From: an uncultured bacterium
Lineage (GTDB): Bacteria; Gemmatimonadota; Gemmatimonadetes; Gemmatimonadales; GWC2-71-9
Assembly: GCA_965653495.1 (NCBI GenBank)
Contig: CBFHAJ010000002.1
Coordinates: forward strand, 1-59,323
Reading direction: 5' to 3'
DNA length: 59,323 nt
Under the pieces are notes generated by a model. It did no database searches. It was not told the origin of the DNA and saw nothing but the letters and a program-made list of their open reading frames with translations. Made by a program: the position numbers and the translations under genes. Positions 16,827 through 24,752 of this stretch are shown here, piece by piece (the stretch's first letter is position 1; each line of letters begins with the position of its first letter).

Positions 16827-17883
16827 GAATCGGGGTCATCCGCTCGCGCAGCGACCGGGCCCGGCGCCCGGAGCGCACGGCGAGGATCTCCGCGATGACG
16901 GCGAGCGCCACCTGCTCCGCGCCGTCCGTGCCGATGTCCAACCCCACCGGGCCGTACACCCGCTCCTCGTCCACCGGTCCTTCGGCGGCGAGATTCCGGA
17001 GGATGCGCTCGGTGCGTTGCCGCGGTCCCAGCATGCCGATGTAACCGACCGGCGTCCGGAGCAAAGCACGCAGGTACGCCTGATCGTCCGCGAAGTTGTG
17101 GTTCATCACCACCGCGTAGCACTCGGCGTCGAGCGGGAGCGCGCGGCCGACCTCGTCGCCGCCGCTGTGGACGAGCGCCGCCGCGCCGGGAAACCGCTCG
17201 GCCGTGAGATAGCCGGGCCGCCGGTCGACCAGCACCACGCGGAACCCCACCTCGGATGCGTACCGCACCAGGGGCCGGGCGTCGTCGCCGGCGCCGAGCA
17301 CGACCAGCTGGGGCGGCGGGACCAGCACGTCGATGAAGACCTGCCGGCCCGCGATTGCGTGAATCCCCGATTCGCCGGAGTCGAGCGACGCGCGCGCCTT
17401 GTCTGTCGCGAGTCGGGTCAGTTCTTTCGACCCGAGATCGCCGTCCACACGGTCGGCCGTGACGACGAGCCGTTCACCCTTCCCTGGCAGTAGACCGCAG
17501 ACGGCGAAGGGTCGCCGGCCGTCGAGCAGCGACCGCTCCAGGGGCCGGGCGCCAGCGGGCTCAACGTAGACATCCACCTGCCCCTCGCACCCGACGCCCA
17601 GGTCCCAGGCCGCGATCTCGTCGGCGCTGGAGCAGTAGCTCCGCAGCTCGGCCTGCCCGCTCCGGATCACCTGGAGCGCCACCTCGCGGACATCCTGCTC
17701 CAGGCAGCCGCCGCTCACGTTTCCCGCGCTGGCGCCGTCCTCGGCGACCGCGAGCTTCGCGCCTTCGTGACGGTACGCCGACCCGCGCACGCGCACCACG
17801 GTCGCCAGGGCGGCGCGCCGCCCGGCGGCGCTCACCCTCTCCAGGAAGGCGAGCACCTCACGGGTCTCAAGCCATGCTTTCAT
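16810..17883 (-). CDS. XdhC/CoxI-family molybdoenzyme maturation factor
   Basis: ALATVVRVRGSAYRHEGAKLAV (XdhC_CoxI N-domain) and VVLGAGDDARPLV (Rossmann-like C-domain). Confidence 0.8.
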   Translation of the reverse strand: MKAWLETREVLAFLERVSAAGRRAALATVVRVRGSAYRHEGAKLAVAEDGASAGNVSGGCLEQDVREVALQVIRSGQAELRSYCSSADEIAAWDLGVGCEGQVDVYVEPAGARPLERSLLDGRRPFAVCGLLPGKGERLVVTADRVDGDLGSKELTRLATDKARASLDSGESGIHAIAGRQVFIDVLVPPPQLVVLGAGDDARPLVRYASEVGFRVVLVDRRPGYLTAERFPGAAALVHSGGDEVGRALPLDAECYAVVMNHNFADDQAYLRALLRTPVGYIGMLGPRQRTERILRNLAAEGPVDEERVYGPVGLDIGTDGAEQVALAVIAEILAVRSGRRARSLRERMTPIHASPD

Positions 17884-18053
17884 GTCATTTGCCCGGAGTG
17901 GGCCCGCGGAATAGCTTCTTCAATGTAATGCGATCAGCTCGTCGGTCATGGTGCCGGTGACACCGCTCAGTTCACGCAATTCTCGACCGGCCATGCTCCC
18001 AGCAGAGCACGGCCGGTTCCCTTTCGTGGCCACTTGGAAGGAGGCGCCGTATC

Positions 18054-19253
18054 GTGAACCGCACTGCCCTATTGCTGCTCGTCGCCGTGGTACCGGCGTT
18101 GGCGACACCTGCCGCGCGCGGACCAGAGGACGAGTCGGTGTTCGTGCGTGGGCTCCCCGCCGGCCAGCACGAGTCGCTGCTGTACGTCTGGACCAGCGAC
18201 GCCGATCAGAAAGACCCCGATTTCCTCGCCGTGATCGACGCGAACCCCACGTCGCCGAGCTACGGCACGGTGATCGCGACGGCGCCCGCGGGATCGCCGG
18301 CGAACGAGGCGCACCACTTCGGCTACACCGCCAACGCCGACCGCATCTTCGCCGGCGGCCTGTTCTCGAATCGTCTGTTCATCTACGACGTGGCGACCGA
18401 TCCCAAGCACCCGAAGCTGGTCCAGACGGTTCCTGATCTCGCCGCCACGACCGGGTACTCGGGGCCGCACACGTTCTACGCCGTGCCGGGCGGCGTCCTG
18501 ATCGCCATGCTTGGCTCCAAGGACGGCGGCGCGCCGGGCGCGTTGGTGCAGCTCGACAACGACGGCAATTTCATCAAGGCGCTTCCCGCGCCCGACTACA
18601 TGTACGATGTGGGGATCAAGCCGGAGCTGAACCTGATCGTCACGTCGAGCTGGGCGCACCCGCACGCGGTGAAGGCCGGCAATACGCCGATGGACCAGGT
18701 GGGCGACGCAGTGGTGGCGTGGGACTACAAGACCGGCAAGGTACTGCAGGAGGAACACCTGGACAAAGCGCCGCTCGAGGTCCGCTGGCTGCACGGCGCC
18801 GCGGCGCGCGGCGGGTTCATCAACTGCGCGTTCGGGAACAGCGTGTGGTACTGGGAGGTGGGCAAGGACGGCAAGCTCGCGTTCACGCGCGTGCTCAAGC
18901 TCGCCGACGGGTCGATCCCCGCCGACATGCGGATCTCCTACGACAACCGCTTCCTGTTCGTCTCGTTGTTCGGCGGCGGCGCGGTGCAGCAGTACGACAT
19001 CGCCGACCCGCTGCACCCGAAGCTCGTGAGCGCGGTGAGGATTCCGCAGGCCCAGATGCTCAAGCTCACGCCCGACAACAAGCGCCTGTACGTGAGCAAC
19101 TCGCTGCTGTCGAACCTCGACGGCAAGGTGCCGTACGCGGTGCGGCTCGTGAACGTGACCGCGACCGGGCTCGTGATCGATCCGAAATTCGACGTCGATT
19201 TCGAGCACCTGCCGACCGGCGAGGCGCGGCCGCATGACATGTTGCTGAAGTAG
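18054..19253 (+). CDS. Selenium-binding protein 56 (SBP56) / methanethiol-oxidase-family periplasmic protein
   Basis: GTG start with GGAAGGAGG upstream. Signal peptide MNRTALLLLVAVVPALATPAA. Beta-propeller-like motifs: DPDFLAVIDANP, EAHHFGY, PHTFY, LIVTSSWAHP, YVSNSLLS, RPHDM. Confidence 0.75.
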   Translation: MNRTALLLLVAVVPALATPAARGPEDESVFVRGLPAGQHESLLYVWTSDADQKDPDFLAVIDANPTSPSYGTVIATAPAGSPANEAHHFGYTANADRIFAGGLFSNRLFIYDVATDPKHPKLVQTVPDLAATTGYSGPHTFYAVPGGVLIAMLGSKDGGAPGALVQLDNDGNFIKALPAPDYMYDVGIKPELNLIVTSSWAHPHAVKAGNTPMDQVGDAVVAWDYKTGKVLQEEHLDKAPLEVRWLHGAAARGGFINCAFGNSVWYWEVGKDGKLAFTRVLKLADGSIPADMRISYDNRFLFVSLFGGGAVQQYDIADPLHPKLVSAVRIPQAQMLKLTPDNKRLYVSNSLLSNLDGKVPYAVRLVNVTATGLVIDPKFDVDFEHLPTGEARPHDMLLK

Positions 19254-19258
19254 GTGAT

Positions 19259-19308
19259 GGAGGTTCTGGAGGTTGTGGAGGTAGGCCTCCAGAACCTCCA
19301 CAACCTCC
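19259..19308. terminator. GC-rich hairpin region between convergent genes, with two mutually exclusive 14-bp stems
   Basis: GGAGGTTCTGGAGG (19259-19272) pairs with CCTCCAGAACCTCC (19286-19299). Alternatively, GGAGGTTGTGGAGG (19268-19281) pairs with CCTCCACAACCTCC (19295-19308). There is only a weak T-tract (TTT at 19315-19317). Confidence 0.45.
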
Positions 19309-19329
19309 ACAGCCTTTACAACGTGTCGT

Positions 19330-20907
19330 TCAGAACCGAACGCTCACGCCCGCGAAGACCTCGTCGTATCCATCCACGCCGCCACGCTGCCTGGTCGCCG
19401 ATAGCATCGCGTACCACGTGCGCGCCAGCGTCACGTCGAGGTCGAGCCCCACCCATGTCGCCGTGGTGCTCGCGGGGTCGGCCGTGGGGTCGCGCTCGGC
19501 CCGCACACCGCCGTTCATCTCCAGATGGAGTCGGGTTCCGGGATCGATCCCGAGCGTCGCCGACTGCAGCAGTCCCTTGAGCCGAGGGTTCACGTAGTAC
19601 GTGGTCCGGGTACGCAGACTCGCCCCCAGTCGGGGGAGGCGGTCGACGGCAGCCGTCGCCGTATAGGACGTCGCAGAGCCCGACGGCCCGCCGCTGCTCG
19701 CGCGGGCCTCCGCGCCGACGCGCAAGGTCGCGACGGGGCGGAATGAGACGCTCCCCCACGCACCCTGGCGGTAGGTGTCGTCGAAGCTGGTCTCCGGATT
19801 CACCACGTCCCGATACAACAGGACGTTGCGGCGGTTGTCGAAGCCGGCGTCGAGCGTCACGCCGGTGGTCGCCCGCCACTGGAGGAACGCGAACGTGCTG
19901 GTCGGTGAAATAGCGTGCATGCCCAGCAGGACCTTCCAGGGCCGATAGTAATCCACCTCCTGCGTCATGAAAGCCGACACGTGCGCGTCGAAATACCAGC
20001 CCTGCACCCAGGCGAACTCGCGGTTCGCGTGTGCGCTCTCATACGAGCCGCTCGCGCCGAGCGTCACCGCCCAGCGTGCGGCGGTGCCGGGCCGGCTGTG
20101 ACGCTGCGTGTACCACCCCAGCTCCACGATATCGCCCGAGAATCCCAGATTGATGGGCTCTGGCTGCGTTCCCGCAAACATCCCCGTGCTCCAGCTCGCC
20201 TGGACCACTTCGGCAAGCGCGCCGTCGAACACGCCCACGGAAGCGAGAGCGCCGGAGATCTGGCGCCCCAGGGTAAGTCGCGCGGGCGACCCGGGGGCAT
20301 TCACCGAGAGATCGGCGGCGTACACGCGGCTCTTGTCATCGGTGATGGCGCTCCCGTCGGGGAGAATCGTGTAGCTGCGACGGGCCCGCGCGTCCACCAT
20401 CAGGTTGAGGGAAGGCGCACCGCCAGGAGGCCCGTCGACCCGCAGGCCGAGGGCCGGCTGCGACAGCTGGCCGGACACGTCGGTCTGGCGCATGAAGAAG
20501 TACTCCAGGCTCAACCGCCCGCGCAGGCCGGGATGCGAGGGCGGTGTGGCCGCGCCGGCCGGGGCCGGCGCAGTACGCGCCACCGCGCTCGAGTCGAGCG
20601 GCGCGGCTGCGGGCACGAATCGCACGGTGTCGCCCACGGCGAGAGCGGGAGACGCGCTGACGATGTCGCAGGACGCGCGGTGGGAGGCGAGGTACGCGAC
20701 TTTCAGGACGCCGATCGTCGTGCCGCCGCGCCACACGCTCACGCGCGCGCCTTCGCGCAAGCCCTCGTCGCGCCCGGCGTCCAGGTACGCCGACGCGCTC
20801 GTCAGATAGGTGATGCGCGCCGTCCGCGTCGGGCCGGGGGTCTGCGCCCCGGCGGCCGACGCGAGGGCGACCAAGACCAGCCCCAGGTGACGGCAGTTCC
20901 CCCTCAT
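19330..20907 (-). CDS. Predicted outer-membrane beta-barrel protein, last gene of the multihaem cytochrome operon
   Basis: Signal peptide MRGNCRHLGLVLVALASAAGAQ. Alternating-polarity segments run through the C-terminal approximately 400 aa. The terminal ...FAGVSVRF has an OMP-type C-terminal Phe. ATGA overlap with the upstream gene. Confidence 0.6.
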   Translation of the reverse strand: MRGNCRHLGLVLVALASAAGAQTPGPTRTARITYLTSASAYLDAGRDEGLREGARVSVWRGGTTIGVLKVAYLASHRASCDIVSASPALAVGDTVRFVPAAAPLDSSAVARTAPAPAGAATPPSHPGLRGRLSLEYFFMRQTDVSGQLSQPALGLRVDGPPGGAPSLNLMVDARARRSYTILPDGSAITDDKSRVYAADLSVNAPGSPARLTLGRQISGALASVGVFDGALAEVVQASWSTGMFAGTQPEPINLGFSGDIVELGWYTQRHSRPGTAARWAVTLGASGSYESAHANREFAWVQGWYFDAHVSAFMTQEVDYYRPWKVLLGMHAISPTSTFAFLQWRATTGVTLDAGFDNRRNVLLYRDVVNPETSFDDTYRQGAWGSVSFRPVATLRVGAEARASSGGPSGSATSYTATAAVDRLPRLGASLRTRTTYYVNPRLKGLLQSATLGIDPGTRLHLEMNGGVRAERDPTADPASTTATWVGLDLDVTLARTWYAMLSATRQRGGVDGYDEVFAGVSVRF

Positions 20908-21902
20908 CCGGCCCGCCCGTTGCGGTGACAGGCGTAGCAGTTCGTGCTGTTCCAGACGTACCCGCTTACACCAGAGTGACGGGGATCAGTCTGGCTCTGG
21001 GTGTGGCAGTTCGTGCACACGAACGTCGAGAAATCGGACGTGTTCAGGTGACAGTCGCTGCACTGCGTCGCTGTCTGATGGGGAATCGGGAACCACGTGT
21101 GATTGAACGACGCCCCCGTCCAACCCGACGTGGTGTGACAGTCCTGGCAGGTCGTGGCGAACCCCGCAGCCGAGTGAACGGGGTTGGTGGTGCCGTTGTA
21201 GTCCTGTTGGTGACAGGAGACGCACGCGGTGCTCAGCGCCGTGAAGCCGCTGACGTGACATTGCTGGCAGGCGATCGTACGGTGCACGCCCGTGAGCGGG
21301 AAGCCGGAGGCGTCGTGATTAAAGCGGGCGCTGGTCCAGATCGTGGGGGCATGACACTCCGTGCAATCGAGCGGGAACGCGCTAGCGACGTGGTCCGGGT
21401 TTTTCGCTGTCAGGTACTGCGCGCGGTGGCAGTCCACGCAGCCTGAGGGCACCGCAACGAAGGCGAGCCGGCCCTGCGGCGCGGGCTGATGGCACGCCTC
21501 GCAATCGACCGCGAGATGCGCGCCGCTGAGCGGGAAGCGGGTCTGCTGGTGGGCGCGCACCATGCTCGCACGGTCGAGGAAGCTGCGCGCGGTGTGACAG
21601 CGCCCGCAATCGCTGCCCAGCTCACCGCGGTGGACGTCCTGATGGCACGACGCGCAGGTGGTCGCGACGCCGTGGAAATCGAGCGTGGTATGGCACGACC
21701 GGCAGGAAGCCTGGGCGTGCGCTCCGAGCAAGGCCATGCCCCGCTTGGCGTGGTCGAACGTGGCGCTGACGCGCGCGGGCACCCACCCCTCCGCGCTATG
21801 ACACAGGGCGCACTCTTCCTGGAGCTTGCCGTGCGGATTCTGCACTGCCTGTTGCGCGGGGGCAGTCGACCACGCCAGCGCCGCGATTCCCGCCACGAGC
21901 AT
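20904..21902 (-). CDS. Multihaem c-type cytochrome with 13 CXXCH motifs
   Basis: Trimmed to the ATG at 21902 (MLVAGIAALAWSTAPAQQ signal peptide). I counted 13 CXXCH, from CALCH through CYACH. Confidence 0.85.
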   Translation of the reverse strand: MLVAGIAALAWSTAPAQQAVQNPHGKLQEECALCHSAEGWVPARVSATFDHAKRGMALLGAHAQASCRSCHTTLDFHGVATTCASCHQDVHRGELGSDCGRCHTARSFLDRASMVRAHQQTRFPLSGAHLAVDCEACHQPAPQGRLAFVAVPSGCVDCHRAQYLTAKNPDHVASAFPLDCTECHAPTIWTSARFNHDASGFPLTGVHRTIACQQCHVSGFTALSTACVSCHQQDYNGTTNPVHSAAGFATTCQDCHTTSGWTGASFNHTWFPIPHQTATQCSDCHLNTSDFSTFVCTNCHTQSQTDPRHSGVSGYVWNSTNCYACHRNGRAG

Positions 21903-21916
21903 GACGCGTCCCGCTA

Positions 21917-23668
21917 TCACGATCCCCTTCTGACTTTTTCGCCGTGGCACGTCTCGCACTTGCCCGAAACGGGACGGTAGACCACGACCGCTTTGCCGTC
22001 GGGCATTCTGGTGGAGGTGTGACAGCGGTTGCAGGGCACGTTTTCGTGGGCGCCTTTGAGAGAGAACGTCGCGTCGCGATTGTGGTCGAAGCGTGTCACC
22101 GGTCGGAACGCATCGGTTCCATGGCACACCTCACACCCGCCGCGCGCCATCCGAGCAGCGAACTGATTGCCGTGGGGGTTTTCATGACACCCTTGGCAGC
22201 CGTTCGTCGGCGCCGCGAAGAGCAGCCGCGGGAACACCCACCGCGCCAGCACCAGCGACGAGGCCGACGCCGGGTGCTTCATCTCGCCGTGGCAGTCGAC
22301 ACACGAGACGGCCGCGTGGGCACCGTCGAGCGCAAACCGGTAGCGCTTGTGGGTCGCGAGGTCGACGGTCGACGGCTTGAAGCTGCGGACGCCGTGACAG
22401 TCCACGCAACGCGGGTAGCGCCCGTCGTGCGGATCGACGTGGCAGGCGGCGCACTCGATCTCTTTCAGCTTGAACGCGACGCCCGCCTTCCCGAGTGCCT
22501 GGGCCGGCGCCAGCGCCGGCAAGCCTTTGCGATCAGGCCCGTGACACGCGGCGCACGCAATCTCGGCGTGGCGACCTTCGACCTTGAGGCGCAGGGTCTC
22601 GTGCCGCGAAGCCGTGAAGGTGCTCGGCGTCCACCCCGCCACCGTGTGGCACGCGTTGCAGGCTCCGCCGTCAGGCCGGCTGGCCAGCTGGCTGCCGTGG
22701 TCTTCCCCGTGACAATCGCGGCAGGTCGTGGCAACCGGGCGCATCCACACGCCCGCCGTGCCCAGCTGCGCCGCGGGCACACCGGTGGGGTTCTTGACGT
22801 GGCAGTCGGCGCACTGCACCTGCTGGTGCCGTCCTTCGAGCGCGTACTTCGCGAGACGGTGCTGCGCCACTGTGTACGTGGATGGTTGCCAGCCGTCCAC
22901 CACGTGGCACGACGCGCAGTCCACGATCCGGCCCGCGAGCGTCGCGGTGCCGGCGTGCATGTCCTTGTGACAATCGGTGCAGTTCGCGAACCGGGGACTG
23001 GAGACCACTTTGCCGCCGGAGAAGTCGTGGCACTTCTCGCACGCGACGGCGCGGTGGCGGCCGCGCAAGGGGTACCGCGTGTGCTCGTGATCGAATTTGC
23101 CGCGGGCGATGGTCTTGAAATCCGTCGTGGTGTGGCAGTCGGCGCACGCGATACCGAGCCGTCCGTTGTGCACGTCTGCGTGACAGGTGACGCAGGTCCG
23201 CTCGAGCCCCACCCAGCCCCAGTCCGGTCCGCGTCGCGCCGACAGCTTCGCCGCGCGCGACACGCGGAACGCGGGCTTGTGACAGTCCAGGCACTTGGTG
23301 GTCTTATGACTGCCGTCGAGGGGCCAGCCGGCGCGATCGTGATCGAAGCGCGCGACGCCACCGCCGGGCCAGCTCACGAGTGCAAAGTCGCGACCGGCGT
23401 GATCGGGGTGGCAGGTGGCGCACTGCTGATCCTTGACACCAGCGTGCAATCCCCGTCCCTGATCCACGAGCCAGGTGATCTCCTTGTGGCACTCGAGGCA
23501 GCGCGCGTTCATCTGCTCCTTCCGCTCCCGCCCGCCGCCGTGACAGGAGGTGCACTGCAACGCGCCCTCGAGCTGCTGGTGCGGCGCGGCGAGTGGGCCG
23601 GGTGAGATCTGGGCAGCGAGGGGAACGCCGAGGCACGAGAGAGCGAGGACGCAGCCGGCATACTTCAC
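21917..23668 (-). CDS. Multihaem c-type cytochrome with 20 CXXCH motifs and repeated c7/c3-like modules
   Basis: Trimmed to GTG 23668 (VKYAGCVLALSCLGVPLAAQ), which forms a GTGA overlap with the upstream stop. I counted 20 CXXCH. The module F-D/N-H...G-x-H-x(4,5)-C-x-x-C-H recurs. Confidence 0.85.
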   Translation of the reverse strand: MKYAGCVLALSCLGVPLAAQISPGPLAAPHQQLEGALQCTSCHGGGRERKEQMNARCLECHKEITWLVDQGRGLHAGVKDQQCATCHPDHAGRDFALVSWPGGGVARFDHDRAGWPLDGSHKTTKCLDCHKPAFRVSRAAKLSARRGPDWGWVGLERTCVTCHADVHNGRLGIACADCHTTTDFKTIARGKFDHEHTRYPLRGRHRAVACEKCHDFSGGKVVSSPRFANCTDCHKDMHAGTATLAGRIVDCASCHVVDGWQPSTYTVAQHRLAKYALEGRHQQVQCADCHVKNPTGVPAAQLGTAGVWMRPVATTCRDCHGEDHGSQLASRPDGGACNACHTVAGWTPSTFTASRHETLRLKVEGRHAEIACAACHGPDRKGLPALAPAQALGKAGVAFKLKEIECAACHVDPHDGRYPRCVDCHGVRSFKPSTVDLATHKRYRFALDGAHAAVSCVDCHGEMKHPASASSLVLARWVFPRLLFAAPTNGCQGCHENPHGNQFAARMARGGCEVCHGTDAFRPVTRFDHNRDATFSLKGAHENVPCNRCHTSTRMPDGKAVVVYRPVSGKCETCHGEKVRRGS

Positions 23669-24630
23669 CACAGCCACGTGGCGCCGACGGCGACCACTAC
23701 CGCCACGTGGATCAAAACCGCGATCAAGGCGGCGATGGCGACCGGGCGATGCAGCACGTGCCAATAGCGAAACACGGCGTGGGTCGCGTCGAGCATCCGC
23801 GCCTGCTGGGCCAGCGCCATTTCGCGGCGCGCGAGCCGCAACGTCGCCCGCAGCATCTGCCGGTCGTTCTTGCGGCGGTGCGGGCCGCGCGCCTGCCACA
23901 AGCGCCGCAGCTTGCGCGCTGCCCGCCGGCGGGCGAAGTCGTCCCCGACCATCCGCCACAGAGTGCCCCACAAGCCGCGACCACCCTCAGGGGCGCCTCC
24001 CCCGGCCGCGAGCGTGGTCGCGACCAACTCCGGGGCGAGGCCGCTCGACCGGGCGATCTCGGACAGGAGCCACTGGCGTCGCGCCCCGATCTCCTCCATG
24101 GTCAGCTCGACGCCGAGCCGGGTCCGCGGGATGCGCGCGTAGATGTAGCGGCCCGCCAGGCCGCTGACCCACACGACCATCATCGACCAGAAGCCGAGCC
24201 CGATCAGCCCCGTGAACCGCCAGGCCGCGTGAATGGCCACGAGCAGGGGGAGCGCCAGGGCCGCGAGCACGTGCATGTCGAGCCAGCGGGCGACCGCGCC
24301 TGTGAACGCGAGCCAGCGGAACTTCTTACGGAGCGGATACAACCAGAGAAAGATGAAGATCGCGAGCGCGAGCAGGCCGGCGCTCTGGCCGATGTAGCCT
24401 GCGGGCTTGAGCCAGGGATGCAGGGGGCTGCGGACCCGGCCCGCCATCGGCAACGAATAGTACCGCCAGCCAGCAATACAAATCGCGCCGAGCACCGCGA
24501 CGAAGAGCCGGAACAACCAACGGGGCCGCGACCGCGCCTGCACCTGCAGCGAGGGGCGCGAAACGGGAACGGGCGCCGGGCCGCGCTGCACTCGCCGCTC
24601 AACCCTCGGCACCGGACCGGAGTGGGTCAT
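23665..24630 (-). CDS. Five-TM membrane protein with two His-X13-His pairs (ferric-reductase-domain-like, putative di-haem b)
   Basis: Trimmed to the ATG at 24630 (MTHSGPV). TM3 reads DMHVLAALALPLLVAIHAAW and TM5 reads HRPVAIAALIAVLIHVAVV. An approximately 130-aa Arg-rich cytoplasmic loop lies between TM4 and TM5. Confidence 0.6.
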   Translation of the reverse strand: MTHSGPVPRVERRVQRGPAPVPVSRPSLQVQARSRPRWLFRLFVAVLGAICIAGWRYYSLPMAGRVRSPLHPWLKPAGYIGQSAGLLALAIFIFLWLYPLRKKFRWLAFTGAVARWLDMHVLAALALPLLVAIHAAWRFTGLIGLGFWSMMVVWVSGLAGRYIYARIPRTRLGVELTMEEIGARRQWLLSEIARSSGLAPELVATTLAAGGGAPEGGRGLWGTLWRMVGDDFARRRAARKLRRLWQARGPHRRKNDRQMLRATLRLARREMALAQQARMLDATHAVFRYWHVLHRPVAIAALIAVLIHVAVVVAVGATWLW

Positions 24631-24752
24631 AAGGGTGTTTACTGCACGTGCCGCACACGGGCTGTGACACACACCACTGTTACCGGGGGCGCCCGCTACC
24701 CAAGATTGCGAAGCGCCACATACGCCGCCACCCCACGATCATTAAGGAATGG

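Noticed and set aside
19254-19580. 108-aa ORF starting MMEVLEVVEVGLQNLHNLH
   Set aside because: Its N-terminus is simply the translation of the GGAGG/CCTCC palindrome, and the rest is antisense to the OM barrel gene.
21944-23605. 553-aa plus-strand ORF, plus minus-strand alternates 22465..23361 and 22671..23294
   Set aside because: They overlap the 20-haem cytochrome gene, whose frame is validated by 20 CXXCH motifs. The alternates have none.
24631-24752. CRP/FNR-like half-site TGTGACACACA in the cytochrome/flavoprotein divergent region
   Set aside because: Only one half-site matches (the second arm reads CCACT, not TCACA). That is too weak to call a regulator binding site.
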